64,000 bases of DNA from an uncultured delta proteobacterium (lineage in GTDB: Bacteria > Desulfobacterota > Binatia > UBA9968): positions 352,001 through 416,000 of the forward strand of contig CAVUZH010000018.1 of NCBI GenBank assembly GCA_963745835.1, written 5' to 3'. Position 1 is the stretch's first letter, and every line of letters begins with the position of its first letter. Under the pieces are notes generated by a model. The model saw only the letters and a list, made by a program, of their open reading frames with translations. It had not been told where the DNA came from and ran no database searches. The translations under genes and the position numbers were made by a program. This document shows positions 21,329 to 33,064 of this stretch, piece by piece.

Positions 21329-23340
21329 ATGGCAGGACATGCACGGATCTACCGTAACAACAGTATCGTTCATGCTATGGGCGCATTAGCTGAAGTATCG
21401 GCGAGAAGCTTGCGCCGATCATCGAGATGGCTCGTTCTGATAACACTGGCCATCGCGCTCATTGCATCGGGTTGCGCCACGCCGATCGGCGTACGGTACG
21501 TGGAGCCCCGTGTTGCATACCAGTCGCTCACCGCGAATGTGCTTTCCGCTGACCAGCCTAGCTCATTTTCCGCGCGCGAGCTGATGAATCTGAATCTGTA
21601 CGAACGGTTTGATGAGGATCCGGAGAAAGCGCTTGCCGAGATGCATGCGGGGTTGGCGGCCAAGGGTGATGAGGATCGTGTCTTCGCACTCGCTGAGCTG
21701 TCATTTGTCTACGCCAATGACAGCGGCGAGCGATCACACTATCTTGCCGCGGCAGTATACGCATATGCTTTTCTTTTCCCTGGCAAAGACGGTACGCCGC
21801 CGAAAGGGCTGGATCCGCGATTCCGATGGGCGGCGGATATTTACAATCAGGCGCTCACCCGCGCCGCGATGTTAGACGACCGAGAGTATCCGGTTCCCAG
21901 GGGCGGTACGTTCAACCTGCCTTTCGGTGAGATTACGGTCCAATTCGATCAGAACCAACTACTCTGGGCGGGCTTTCGTCTCAAGGATTTTGTTCCTGCG
22001 GCCGACGTTGAGGTGCGTGGGTTGCGCAATCGTTACCGTATCCCCGGTGTCGGGGCGCCTCTTTCGGCAAAGATAGAACCTGTTGAGGGGGCCGCGAGCA
22101 AACAGTCCGCGCGTATTCCACTAAGAATGAGGATTCCCGCGACCGCTTTTCTTCGCCTCGACGACCCGCGTGGCGCGCTCAAGTCGGGAAAATTGCGTGG
22201 CAAGCTCGAGTTCTATACGCCCGATTCGGCCCGCTCATCAAAATTGAAGGTGTCGATGTGCCGATCGAATACGAAACCACCTCTGCTCTCGCTCTCACTT
22301 TAGAGGGAGCGCCGATTTGGGACTTTGAAATTGCCGGTTTTCGGTCCGGAGACTTCACCCTCAGTGTTCCAGGGGCGTTGCGCGAGGGGCTTTTCATGAT
22401 CCGGCCGCATCGAACCGGACGGATACCGGTCGTGCTCGTCCATGGCACCGCGTCGAGCCCGGCTCGCTGGGCGGAACTGGTTAACGAACTAGAGAATGAT
22501 CCGCGGTTTTTGGAAAATTACGAGATCTGGCTGTTCATGTACAACACAGGGAACCCCATCGCTGATTCGGCGGCACGAATGCGGGCAGCGCTACTAAAGG
22601 TTGTCGCGGATCTCGACCCGGAGAAAAAGGATCCGGGGCTTCAGCAGATGGTTGTTATCGGCCACAGCCAGGGCGGACTGCTAACTAAGATGATGGTTAT
22701 CGATCCCGGTACCCGCTTCTGGGATGGAGTGTTTACAGTACCACCCGACGAGCTTGACGTTAGAGCGGAGACTCGTGATTTTTTAAGAAATGCCCTCATT
22801 TTCAAGCCGCTGACTTTTGTGCGACGTGTAGTTTTCGTCGCGACGCCGCATCGCGGCAGCTATCAAGCGCTCGGGTTCTTAGGAGGCTTTACCTCGTGGT
22901 TGATCCGGCTTCCCGGTAATTTGACCCGTCTTGGTGTTGAGGCGGCGACCTTGCAAAGCCGAGGACTGCTCAGGGGACCGTTCACGGGCGTTCCGACCGC
23001 CATAACCAACATGAATCCTTCGAACCGCTTTATTCAAGAGCTAGCAGCGATGCCTATCATTAAAGGTGTTACCGCTCACTCCATCATCGCTGTGCAGGGC
23101 GATGGCCCAAAAGAGAAAGGCGCCGATGGCATCGTCATGTATGAGAGCGCTCATATCGACGGCGTGGCTTCGGAAAAGGTAGTCCGCTCGAGCCACTCGA
23201 CTCAAGGACATCCCGAGACTATTCAGGAGATCAAACGTATTTTGTTGGAGCATGCTGAGGGATTGCGTGGTCCGGAGCAAGTTGTTTCACAGCCGGCAGC
23301 GGCCGGCAATAGCGGGCCGGCGGCTAGCGATCTTTATTAG
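21329..23340 (+). CDS. Alpha/beta-hydrolase lipoprotein, one frameshift at ~22235
   Basis: Lipobox ASGC; PVVLVHG, nucleophile elbow GHSQGG, ATPHRGS, DGIV...SAH; ORFs 21329-22303 and 22258-23340 join with one added base; true start may be later. Confidence 0.8.
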
Positions 23341-23440
23341 CAGCGAGATACCATGTATGAGAATTGTTGTAACCCACGCGCTTGGTGAAAAGTTGCAAGC
23401 CTGTTTTGATCAAAGCACTTTTACTTGAAAGGAGATTGCC

Positions 23441-23686
23441 ATGTTTGTTTCAAGATTTCTCAGATTCTGCGCGGTGTTGGTTGTTTTGTTAGCTTCCGGG
23501 TGCACCTCATATTATCGCATAACCGATCAGTCGACGCGCAGAACTTATTTCGCCACGGGATATGACACAACCAGCAGCGGCGCGGTGCAATTCTACGATG
23601 AGAAGAGCCGTGTCGCCGTGACGTTACAATCATCCGAGGTCGTAGAGATCAGCCGAGATGAGTTTGACTCCGGTCTCAAACAGTAG
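23441..23686 (+). CDS. Small lipoprotein
   Basis: RBS AGGAG, lipobox LASGC, 81 aa. Confidence 0.72.
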   Translation: MFVSRFLRFCAVLVVLLASGCTSYYRITDQSTRRTYFATGYDTTSSGAVQFYDEKSRVAVTLQSSEVVEISRDEFDSGLKQ

Positions 23687-23854
23687 CTGGGCTTTGCACA
23701 TGCCGGTTACGCGGATCCACCGGCTATGCAGCGGGCACGTATCTACATAATTAATCAGCTCGAAAATGTTAATCAGCCCGAAAAACGCGTCTTGGAAGGG
23801 GGAGTGGAAGCGGCCCGAGAACTCGATTGCAATCCAATTGCGCCAGGAGGTCTC

Positions 23855-24208
23855 ATGGCAACTCCTAACCAGAATAGAACGGGTAATCCATCTTTATTTG
23901 TGGCCTATGCGCTAATCGCGTTATCACTGTGGATGGTAGATAGGGAAGTTAGCGGTCGGTCCTCACAGGCAATTTCGCTAGCCTCCAATCCCGACACAGC
24001 AAGCAGCGATTCACCGCATGGCGAGATAGTCGCCAGCTTCATACTTCCTCAGAACGACAAGCTTTATCGTCCCGCCAGTTCAGTTTTAGACCAGCTTGCG
24101 AGCGACGAATCAAGTTCAGCTGAGGACAATGAAAAAGGCGACGATAAGCGCCACAGAGCGGCGTTAGCTTTGATGGTTTACCTCTCCGCAGACGGTATTA
24201 AAAGATAA
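23855..24208 (+). CDS. Hypothetical protein with one TM segment
   Basis: RBS AGGAGG before ATG 23855. Confidence 0.5.
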   Translation: MATPNQNRTGNPSLFVAYALIALSLWMVDREVSGRSSQAISLASNPDTASSDSPHGEIVASFILPQNDKLYRPASSVLDQLASDESSSAEDNEKGDDKRHRAALALMVYLSADGIKR

Positions 24209-24394
24209 ATGGTCGCGCGGCTGTATCTGGATCTTCCAATGAGCGATCATTTTCCGCGTACCGACTTTTAGCCTTTCCATCGCCTTGCGGCGACGACGTC
24301 CTCTAACTTTTCACCATCCGCTGTGGCCGGTCATTTTGCTGGTCACAGCATTAAACCCGCACAGTTCTGCTCTCGATCCCCATAGGAGAACTAT

Positions 24395-24907
24395 ATGGCT
24401 ACATTGACAGCGTTCCGGTTTGATACCGTGGACGGCGCAGATAGTGCGCTTGGAGTGGTTCCCATGCTGCAAGAGCAGCAGTTGCTCGCCATCCTGGATG
24501 CTGCGCTAGTGAGTTGGCCTAAAGGCAAAAACCGACCCAGTACTCGCCAGGTGATTTTGCCAACCGGGCCCCAACTGTTAGATGGCACCTTTTGGGGGAT
24601 GCTCTTCGGCCTAATATTTTTCGTTCCGGTTCTTGACACCGGCCGCCGAGAGGAAATGGAGCGGCTGACGTCCGCGCTTTCTGATGTGGGCATCGATGAA
24701 GATTTCATCTACCAGCTGCGAAGCAAACTTACCGAAGGCACATCGGCGCTGTTCATACTTTCACGGGATGCTTTGATGGATAAGATCAACGACGTATCCA
24801 AGGGCAAAAAGCCTGATCTGATTGCGATCAACCTGCGGCGCGATGAGGAGATGAAACTGCGAAATCTGTTCGGGCCGGCGAGCAGTACGCCGACTGTGCG
24901 CCCATAG
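24395..24907 (+). CDS. DUF1269 family membrane protein
   Basis: MATLTAFRF, DAALVSWP.GK..P.T.Q, FWGMLFGLIFFVP, DVGIDEDF, GTSALF. Confidence 0.85.
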   Translation: MATLTAFRFDTVDGADSALGVVPMLQEQQLLAILDAALVSWPKGKNRPSTRQVILPTGPQLLDGTFWGMLFGLIFFVPVLDTGRREEMERLTSALSDVGIDEDFIYQLRSKLTEGTSALFILSRDALMDKINDVSKGKKPDLIAINLRRDEEMKLRNLFGPASSTPTVRP

Positions 24908-25015
24908 TAAAATTTCTAATTGAGGCGAATGCGCAGTGACGTAATCGAAATTGGGCTTCGAATAAGCATTTCCGCAAAATCGTTGGTGAACAAATTCGCA
25001 ACGCGGTGTTACCTG

Positions 25016-25033
25016 TATTGGACTAAAGTCCAA
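25016..25033 (+). promoter_or_regulatory. Palindromic regulator box 2 (TATTGGACTAAAGTCCAA)
   Basis: Motif copy ~117 bp upstream of the alkylsulfatase. Confidence 0.8.
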
Positions 25034-25149
25034 CATCTATCTGTCCTATTCTTTGGCAAAACATCACGTTTAAACGATTTGAGCGCGCCTACCACTGTCC
25101 TTCGATACACGGGCAAATCTCGAAAAAGCCAAACAGAGAAAGGGAAATA

Positions 25150-27135
25150 ATGAAAGCTTCCGGCATACAAAAACTCATCGCCGCCGTACTGCTCGGTGCC
25201 CTCGCACTTACAACCACCCAAGGCCAGGCACAGCCGGTGCAACCGAAACCTGCGACGTCAGCAACGAAGGAAGTTAACGCTGCGGTCGAGAAGGCGCTGC
25301 CGTTCGGCGACAAGTCGGATTTCGAGGACGCGCAGCGCGGTTTCATCGGCAAGCCCGATACGCTGACTATCAAGAACGCCAAAGGCGAAGTGGTGTGGGA
25401 TCTCGAGGCCTATAAGCAGTACATCGGCCTCGACAAGCCCGCGCCCGACACGGTGAATCCGAGTCTGTGGCGCAACGCCCAGCTCAACATGCAGTACGGC
25501 CTGTTCCGCGTCCATCCGCGCATCTTTCAGGTGCGCGGCTACGACCTGTCGAACATCAGCTTCGTGCAGGGCGAGACCGGCTGGATCGTGTTCGATCCGC
25601 TGATCTCGGAGGAAACCGCGAAAGCCGCGTACGAGCTCGTCATCAAGCACCTCGGGAAAAAGCCGGTCGTCGCGGTGGTGTACAGCCACTCGCACGTCGA
25701 TCACTACGGCGGGGTGCGCGGGATCGTCGACGAGAAGGACGTGAGGGCCGGCAAGGTGCAGATCATCGCGCCCGAGCACTTCACCGAGCATTCCATCAGC
25801 GAGAACGTGATCGCCGGCAACGTCATGAGCCGCCGCGCGATCTACATGTACGGGGCGATGCTGCCGCGCAATGCGCAGGGCGGCGTCAACGGCGGCCTCG
25901 GCCAGTCCACCTCGTTCGGGACGCCGGGGCTGATCTTGCCGAACAAAACGATCCGCAGGACCGGCGAAACGCTCAGCGTCGACGGCGTGCAGATGGTGTT
26001 CCAGATGACGCCGGGCACCGAGGCGCCGGCGGAGATGAACACGCACTTCCCGCAGCTGAAGGCGATGTGGATGGCGGAGAACTCGACCAACACGATGCAC
26101 AACATTCTCACGTTGCGCGGCGCGCAGGTGCGCGACCCGCTGAAGTGGGCCGGCTTCCTCGACGAGACCATCGACAAGTACGGCAAGGACACCGAGGTCA
26201 AGTTCCAGAGCCACCACTGGCCGATGTGGGGCAGCGAGAAGATCGTAGACTACTGGAAGAAGCACCGCGACATGTACAAGTACATCCACGACCAGTCGGT
26301 GAACCTGATGAACAAGGGCTACACCGGCATCGAGATCTCGAACATGGTCAAGCTGCCGCCCGAACTGGACAAGCAGTGGTACAACCGCGGCTACTACGGC
26401 ACGGTGAAGCACAACACCCGCGCGGTCTACCAGCGCTACATGGGTTTTTACGACGCCAACCCGTCGACGCTCGACCAGCTGCCGCCGGAGGAGGCGGCGA
26501 AGAAGTACGTCGAGTACATGGGTGGCGCCGCGGCCGTGCTGCAGAAGGCGAAGACCGACTTCGACAAAGGTGAGTACCGCTGGGTGGCCGAGGCGCTCAA
26601 GCACGTCGTCTTCGCCGACCCAAACAACAGGGAGGGCAAGGAGCTGCTGGCGGACACCTACGAGCAGATGGGCTACCAGGCCGAGTCCGGACCATGGCGC
26701 TCCGTGTACCTGCAGGGAGCGTTTGAGCTGAGGAACGGCGTGCCGCAGGCCGGCGGCATCAATACCGCGAGCCCCGACACGATCAAGGCTATGCCGCCGG
26801 AGATGACGTTCGATTACTTCGCCGTGCGCCTCAATGGCGAGAAGGCGGCTGGCAAGAAGATCGTGCTCAATATCGTCTTCACCGACCTGAAGCGGAACTA
26901 CTCGCTGGTAGTCGAGAACGGCGTGCTGAACCATGCGCGCCGGCACGTCGCGAACGCAGACGCCATCCTGACACTGTCGAAGGGGACGCTCGACCGCATC
27001 CAGCTCGGCGAGATGAAGCCCGAGCAGGCCGTCGCTTCGGGCGACCTGAAGCTCACCGGCAAGCGCGAGGCGCTCACCGAGTTCGTTGGCATGCTCGACA
27101 CGTTCCCGTTCTGGTTCAATATCGTCACGCCATAA
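25150..27135 (+). CDS. Alkyl/aryl sulfatase (SdsA1/BDS1 family; MBL fold, dimerisation and SCP2-like domains)
   Basis: Signal peptide; HSHVDHYGG, TPGTEAPAEM, RGYYG, C-terminal FWFNIVTP. Confidence 0.93.
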   Translation: MKASGIQKLIAAVLLGALALTTTQGQAQPVQPKPATSATKEVNAAVEKALPFGDKSDFEDAQRGFIGKPDTLTIKNAKGEVVWDLEAYKQYIGLDKPAPDTVNPSLWRNAQLNMQYGLFRVHPRIFQVRGYDLSNISFVQGETGWIVFDPLISEETAKAAYELVIKHLGKKPVVAVVYSHSHVDHYGGVRGIVDEKDVRAGKVQIIAPEHFTEHSISENVIAGNVMSRRAIYMYGAMLPRNAQGGVNGGLGQSTSFGTPGLILPNKTIRRTGETLSVDGVQMVFQMTPGTEAPAEMNTHFPQLKAMWMAENSTNTMHNILTLRGAQVRDPLKWAGFLDETIDKYGKDTEVKFQSHHWPMWGSEKIVDYWKKHRDMYKYIHDQSVNLMNKGYTGIEISNMVKLPPELDKQWYNRGYYGTVKHNTRAVYQRYMGFYDANPSTLDQLPPEEAAKKYVEYMGGAAAVLQKAKTDFDKGEYRWVAEALKHVVFADPNNREGKELLADTYEQMGYQAESGPWRSVYLQGAFELRNGVPQAGGINTASPDTIKAMPPEMTFDYFAVRLNGEKAAGKKIVLNIVFTDLKRNYSLVVENGVLNHARRHVANADAILTLSKGTLDRIQLGEMKPEQAVASGDLKLTGKREALTEFVGMLDTFPFWFNIVTP

Positions 27136-27675
27136 GGAAGCGCAAACAAAAAAGCTGTAACGATGAAACCTGCAAACAGTACCTCGTGGGCCGCCGCGCT
27201 GGGGCGGATGGGGTGTGGTTGCCTCGGTGCACGCGGCGCGTAGACAAACGCTGAACATTCTCTTCATTCCTACGGACAATCTCGGCTATTCCGAGATTGT
27301 CGTATACGGCGTCGGCATCACGCGCGGCGCAGCGACAAGCTGACAAGCGAGTCACCCCGATGCTGAAAAATATTTGGCGCGTTCCCGGGGTCTACGAAAG
27401 AGCGTCCGCTCATGCCGATGGGCAGGCCTTATCCGTACGGCCTCTCAAAGGAGTGAACGTAAACAGATACAACACGACGAGGCGCTCGACGAACCTAGGC
27501 AAAAGATTGGAGGGTGATCGTGATGAAGCGATCGGAGGCGGATTTGCGTCCGACAAATCTTGACCCGTCAAATAATTACACGAAAGGACGGACAACAAAG
27601 AGAAGGAAGAGGCAAGTGAGCGCGTCGTTACTTTCGGTACTCGCGAGCCGAATAAGTTCGTAGGAGACCCTTGTT

Positions 27676-29391
27676 ATGCACCGACGTATTTCAATGATTG
27701 CGCTGGTTCTCGCAACGATTCTGGGGACGCTCACGATGTCGTGCGGCCAACACGCCGCGGCGGCAACCGCTCCTGCACGTGGCGTTATTGCGGCGACTGA
27801 TCCATCCGGGATCGATGCAGCGGAGTATGAGCGCGCGCCGGTCACGTTGGACGGTGAGGTGCTGTTTGAAGTGCGGGGGTTTTCGGCTTACCCGGCCGAA
27901 GAACGCGCAAAGACGATCAAACAGCGAATTGAAGAAATCGCGGCCGATCGCTCCGCGGCCATCGAGTCACTGCGCGTGGGCGAAATGGCAGACAGGACCA
28001 GAATCATGGCGGGCGATCGTCTCCTGGTGGCCTTTGTCGATGCCGATGCCGCGGCGGCGGAAGGTGTAACTCGACAGTTACTCGCGGAAAGAGCGCTAAT
28101 AAAAATCAAGACGGCGATCGCCTCTTACCGCAATGCTCGCAGTCCACGTGTCTTGCTGATCAACACTCTGTACGCGCTCGGCGCAACGGTGCTACTGGCG
28201 CTAGTGCTGCTCGTCCTACGCCGCATATTTACCAAGCTGGATGCTATCGCCGAGCGGCGCTTAAGGTCCCGGATCGAAGCATTTGAAGCCCAATCGCACA
28301 AGATCGTTCAGGCGCGCCAACTGAGTAATGCGCTGTTCGGTATTCTCAAAGGGCTGTATCTATCCACGCTCTTGGTGCTCGGCTATTTCTATCTCGAGTT
28401 TGTGCTGTTCCTTTATCCGTGGACAAGGCCGCTCGCGGCGCGGCTCTTTGGAATTCTTTTGGATCCGCTGCAGGCCCTGGGCTTGGGATTGATCGATAGC
28501 CTGCCGGGGATTGCGTTTGTCGCAGTCGTGGTGATCGTGACGCGTTATGTTCTTAGGCTGATGCGGCTGTACTTCGAGAGCGTCGATCGCGGTACCGTTA
28601 CACTTGCCCGCTTTGAGCGTGAGTGGGCCTTGCCGACATACAAAATCGCGCGCCTGCTCATTATCGCCTTTGCGCTAGTGGTGGCCTATCCCTATATCCC
28701 CGGTTCGAGCTCGGAAGCGTTCAAGGGCATTTCGATCTTTCTCGGCGTGGTGGTTTCGTTGGGCTCCTCATCGGTCATCGCCAACCTCATGGCCGGCTAT
28801 ACAATGATCTATCGGCGCGCCTTCAAGGTCGGCGACCGCATCAATATCGACAATGTCACCGGTGATGTGACCGAGCAACGGCTCATGGTGACGCACCTGC
28901 GCACGATCAAAAACGAGGAGATCGTCGTGCCGAATTCGGCGATTATTAACAGCAGTATCATCAACTACAGCACTTTGGCCGCGAGCCGCGGGCTGATTCT
29001 GCATACCACCGTCGGAATTGGTTACGAGACGCCCTGGCGGCAGGTCGAAGCGATGCTGCGGCTTGCCGCCGAGCGCACCCCGGGCCTGCTCAAGGAGCCG
29101 GCGCCATTCGTGCTGCACAAGTCCCTGGACGACTTCGCTGTGACTTACGAACTCAACGCATACTGCGACAACCCACAGGCTATGGCCCGTCTCTACACGG
29201 CGATGCACCAGAATATACTGGATGTTTTTAACGAGCACGGCGTGCAGATCATGACCCCGGCTTACGAAGGCGATCCGGAAACGCCAAAGGTGGTTCCCAA
29301 GGATCAATGGTACCAGGCGCCGGCTAAACCGGGCGATGCGCCGGCTAACGATGGGCGAAACGGTGAGAGTGACAGGGCTAGTGGCGAGTGA
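27676..29391 (+). CDS. MscS-family mechanosensitive channel with periplasmic N-terminal domain
   Basis: TM helices, FKVGDRI, IVVPNS, VGIGYETPW, GVQIMTPAY. Confidence 0.9.
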   Translation: MHRRISMIALVLATILGTLTMSCGQHAAAATAPARGVIAATDPSGIDAAEYERAPVTLDGEVLFEVRGFSAYPAEERAKTIKQRIEEIAADRSAAIESLRVGEMADRTRIMAGDRLLVAFVDADAAAAEGVTRQLLAERALIKIKTAIASYRNARSPRVLLINTLYALGATVLLALVLLVLRRIFTKLDAIAERRLRSRIEAFEAQSHKIVQARQLSNALFGILKGLYLSTLLVLGYFYLEFVLFLYPWTRPLAARLFGILLDPLQALGLGLIDSLPGIAFVAVVVIVTRYVLRLMRLYFESVDRGTVTLARFEREWALPTYKIARLLIIAFALVVAYPYIPGSSSEAFKGISIFLGVVVSLGSSSVIANLMAGYTMIYRRAFKVGDRINIDNVTGDVTEQRLMVTHLRTIKNEEIVVPNSAIINSSIINYSTLAASRGLILHTTVGIGYETPWRQVEAMLRLAAERTPGLLKEPAPFVLHKSLDDFAVTYELNAYCDNPQAMARLYTAMHQNILDVFNEHGVQIMTPAYEGDPETPKVVPKDQWYQAPAKPGDAPANDGRNGESDRASGE

Positions 29392-29495
29392 CCTGGCGAA
29401 GACTTTACAAAGGAGTTTCAGGTTTCGGATTTCGGGGAAGCTATCTTCCATTACTCCAATATTGCAGGTTTCGGTCTTTCGTAACTCCATCCCTT

Positions 29496-29515
29496 TATTG
29501 GACTAAAGTCCAATA
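29496..29515 (+). promoter_or_regulatory. Palindromic regulator box 3 (TATTGGACTAAAGTCCAATA)
   Basis: Perfect 8-bp arms; TGCTAGAC -10-like element at 29535-42. Confidence 0.82.
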
Positions 29516-29668
29516 TACAGCGGCGGCGCCGCGGTGCTAGACAGGGTCACGGTCGAGGGTGAATTGAACGGATAAGCGTTGATGGCCCTCGGTATCCATT
29601 TCGGTAGGCGAGCTGCAGGCATATTGTTGAGTTTGACCTGATAGAACTATTTTAAGAGGAGGAGACAG

Positions 29669-30229
29669 ATGAACAACAATATTTTAGCCGTATTGGTGGC
29701 AATGATGCTGGTCGGCGGGATCAGTTGCGCTCAAGAAACCGCTTCGAAGCCGGGCGCTACGAGTGTCGAAGTCGTTAAATTGAGCGGCATCGTGAAAGCG
29801 ATCGATCGAGAAAAAAAGATGGTGACGGTCGAGGGGTCGGGTGGCAGAACGGTTGTGATCGATGCCACGAACGCGAGAAATCTCGATCAGCTGAAGGTCG
29901 GCGATAAAGTCAATTTGACGTACACCGAAGAAGTAGCGCTTTTCGTAAGAAAGGCAAACGAGCCCCCGAGCCTGACCGAATCGCAAAACGTGGAACTGGC
30001 TCCGAAGGGTGAAAAGCCGGGAGGTGTCATCACCAAGACAATCGAAGTGAGCGGCAATGTCGAATCCATCGACACGACTAATCGGACCATCGCATTGAAG
30101 GGGCCGGCCGGAAATGTCCGGACATATAAGGTGGGTCCGGAGGCAAAGAGGTTTAACGAGATTAAAAGGGGCGATCAAGTCGTGCTGCGGGTTACCCAAG
30201 CCGTGGCGCTGTCGGTGGGGAATCCCTGA
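29669..30229 (+). CDS. Exported protein with two tandem OB-fold-like repeats
   Basis: RBS GAGGAG, signal peptide; repeats G.V.AID...VT..G..G...LK.GD.V. Confidence 0.78.
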   Translation: MNNNILAVLVAMMLVGGISCAQETASKPGATSVEVVKLSGIVKAIDREKKMVTVEGSGGRTVVIDATNARNLDQLKVGDKVNLTYTEEVALFVRKANEPPSLTESQNVELAPKGEKPGGVITKTIEVSGNVESIDTTNRTIALKGPAGNVRTYKVGPEAKRFNEIKRGDQVVLRVTQAVALSVGNP

Positions 30230-30277
30230 AAAGAGCTAGAGCAAGAAAAATAGAAATACTCGCCAGGCAAAGTTGAC

Positions 30278-30321
30278 AACAAACCCGGGGAGCGAGGGAC
30301 TCCTCACTCCCCGGGTTTGTT
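30278..30321. terminator. Strong hairpin, probable intrinsic (possibly bidirectional) terminator
   Basis: aacaaacccggggagcgagg / cctcactccccgggtttgtt 20-bp stem with 1 mismatch, after gene end. Confidence 0.7.
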
Positions 30322-30836
30322 CTGGCGCACTGATCGTCGCCCTTCACTGGGAATTTGGCTGTCGAATCGCGGCTCCGTTCGTTAAAGTATCGCCGACGAT
30401 GCCGGTTATGCTGCGATCGTCCGCCTGGCCAGTCGAGAATTCGGTTTTCTTGCCGTTGCTGGTGATGCTGAGTTGTTGACCCACCGTGGTTTTCATCAGT
30501 TTCGGTCTCTTCGCTCCTTTTGATGCGACCGTTCTTAGCAGCTTACCTGTCGCCGCGCTGTTTCGGGAGCGATCTTTTAATTGTGTAGATGTGCAGGCCT
30601 TACATTTTGCTTGCCCTCGTGCATCTCGATCAATAGACCGCAGAACCCGAACGCACGTGGCCACTGATCCAGCGAGCATTGCCGCCGACTAGCGTTTAGG
30701 AGTGTCCGGCTCGAGGCGGAGATCGGTTGACGGTGTACGGTAAACAGCCAGTTTATCAATTATTGGCGTGGACCGGAGAGAATTCGCCGGAGTCCGTCTA
30801 TCACAGGAATCTACAAAGAGGAGAGAGGAAACCTTT

Positions 30837-31541
30837 ATGATTCAGACAAAGATTCTTTCGGGGGGGATTCGCCTGTTGGCGATTTCTTCACTGTTGTTCA
30901 CATCCGGCTGCATCGCGACTCAGGATTGGGTCAAGGAGCAGCTTTCCCCGGTAAACAAACACGTCTCCGACAACGAGGCGAGCATCAATCAAGTGGGCGG
31001 GCGGGTGACCGGTGTCGAAGCTCAGGTGAGCAAAATGGCGACGCAGATCACCGAGCTGCAAAACCAGCTGAGCCAGACCAATGTTAAAGCTGACCGTGCT
31101 CTCGAAAGCCTGCAGCGGCTCAAGCCGGAAAGAAAAATGGTGTTGAATTTTACCGGCGGAGCCCAGTTCGCGAGCAATTCGATCGACTTCAGCGGCCAGG
31201 CGAAAAAAGAGATCGACGGTTTTCTGAGCGATGCGAAAGGTGAGTCGGCCGACGGGAGCAGCCTGCTTTATGTAGTCGCCGGTCACACCGACAACACGGG
31301 CTCGGATAGCCTCAATTACAACCTTTCCAAGCGCCGGGCCGAGAACATCGCCGCTTACCTGATGACGGAAAGAAAAATCGATCCGTCGCGCATTCTTACC
31401 GTCGGCTACGGCGAGCGCTCGCCAGTCGCCGATAATCAGACGGAAGTGGGCCGTGCCAAAAACCGGCGCGTCGAGATTCTCGTTTATAAAGACAACATCG
31501 TTGTCGACGGCGCCGCCGGTGCGCCGCGCGCCGCACGCTGA
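30837..31541 (+). CDS. OmpA-family peptidoglycan-binding lipoprotein with coiled coil
   Basis: Lipobox TSGC; GHTDNTGS..N..LS.RRA, GYGE..P.A.N....GRAKNRRVEI. Confidence 0.9.
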   Translation: MIQTKILSGGIRLLAISSLLFTSGCIATQDWVKEQLSPVNKHVSDNEASINQVGGRVTGVEAQVSKMATQITELQNQLSQTNVKADRALESLQRLKPERKMVLNFTGGAQFASNSIDFSGQAKKEIDGFLSDAKGESADGSSLLYVVAGHTDNTGSDSLNYNLSKRRAENIAAYLMTERKIDPSRILTVGYGERSPVADNQTEVGRAKNRRVEILVYKDNIVVDGAAGAPRAAR

Positions 31542-31945
31542 AGTCGGCATGGAGAGGCCCGAAGCTCATAACGCCGGAGGGCCTGTGCGAATGTCAGAGT
31601 CGGCTGGCAAGCCGGCACCGATTATTGGCAGCGAGAAGCGAATGGCAGCGCTGCTTTTATCTTGCTCTCTGTAATTGAGTGGTGTTGGCCTGGCGCTTCG
31701 TCTTTGGCCGTGTGCGTTTGCTGCAGATGCGTGGAGCACCATTGCGAGCCGTGGGCCCCGGCGGATTGAAAATGTCTGGTCCGGGCGGTGCGCTACTTGA
31801 GCTATCCGGGTCTATAGCATCCGACCTGGGGATTCGTGGAATCTATGCTCACCGCAAACATTGAACGCGGTACCTCTTCCATATCGATCGTCAGTACTCT
31901 GGAATTTTTCCCATCGTTTTCGTCGCTAATCTGCTGTCGCGTTCT

Positions 31946-32943
31946 TTACGGCAGCGGCGCCGGCTTCGGCAGCCCTTGCCGGAGGCATTGCGAGAAGGAG
32001 GCAGCTTTGTCGGCCGCGTGCGCGCGTTCGTTCACGCGGGAGAGCTTTTCCAAGTCGGCAAACGGTTTCGCCGTATCGATGCGGCCGAGTTCGTAGAGAT
32101 AATCGGGTACATAGCCGCTCAGCAAAACTTTCCATGACATCGGCGGCGAGTCGGGATTAATCCGCGTGTGCATGAGAATGCTCGTCGTGCAGTTGGTAGT
32201 CAGTGTATTGTAAAAGCGCGGCTGCTCGCACAGGTCGTTCATCGCCTGAATGTAATCGAGAAAGCTCCGCCGGATGTTTCTCTGCGGCGTGCGCGTGCGA
32301 TAGATGTAAACATCTTCCTGCGGCTGGCGATATGTCGTCCGTACCCGGATCACGTCACGCTCGTCGGCGACGACGTAGTAAAGCTCGTATCGGCGAAAAA
32401 AACCCGCGAGGGTCGAATAACTTTCGCCCTTTTCCTTGCGCGTCTCGATAGACACCGCCAAGTAGTCCTGATCTTGGAACCCGAAGCTGACCATGATGTG
32501 GGCGACTGCTTTGCCTGTCCAGTAGACGGCGATGATATCGACGGAATCGAGCTTGCGCAGGTCGTAGGTGCGATCCTCCCAGCGCGGCGTAAAATCGCTT
32601 TCGCTCCGGTATTCGAAGTTCCTCACGCCGCGGATCGTCACCAGATCACCGTTTACGGTTGCATGCGGCGTAACCGACACGTCAGGCTGCCAGTCGCGAT
32701 TGTTAGACGCGGGTATGCGGAGGAACAAGATCACCAAGACTGCGAAGATAGCGAGCGCGGCAACGGCCGTTCTGCCCGGAGAGGGAAGCAGTGCAAAGGC
32801 TAAAATCTTGCCGTGCCGTAGCTCGCGGCGGCAAAAGCGCGCCACCGCGCCGGCAACAGCGGCGAGAAATACAACGCGCCAACTCCCCACAGCGTTATCG
32901 CGGTCATCGTGATCCCAAGTAAAATGTTAATAAAAACTCTCAC
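31946..32943 (-). CDS. DUF4105 (Lnb N-terminal-like) membrane protein, frameshift at ~32808
   Basis: GTG start 32943 gives MRVFINILLG...LWGVGALYFSPLLP, matching paralogue 39880; AHIMVSFGF and YNTLTTNCTT motifs. Confidence 0.82.
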
Positions 32944-33064
32944 GCTCGCCTGACTCTCCTGCCGGATTCTCGCCAAGATTGCACCTTTTATTCTTCCATT
33001 TAATCAGGCAAGTCTTTTTCTCATCGCGGCGGGTTGGCCGCGAATCGGCGGGGCGCCTCTTTTG

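Noticed and set aside
25258-27279. 673-aa antisense ORF and 368-aa alternate-frame ORF over the alkylsulfatase
   Set aside because: Shadow ORFs caused by extreme GC3 bias of the real gene; no recognisable motifs
27296-27345. Possible attC-like half site (gtcgtatacggcgtcggcatcacgcgcggcgc)
   Set aside because: No convincing complementary arm or RYYYAAC/GTTRRRY pair, and no integrase in the window
30344-30679. 111-aa minus-strand ORF converging on the hairpin
   Set aside because: No RBS or family motif recognised; could be a remnant but unsupported
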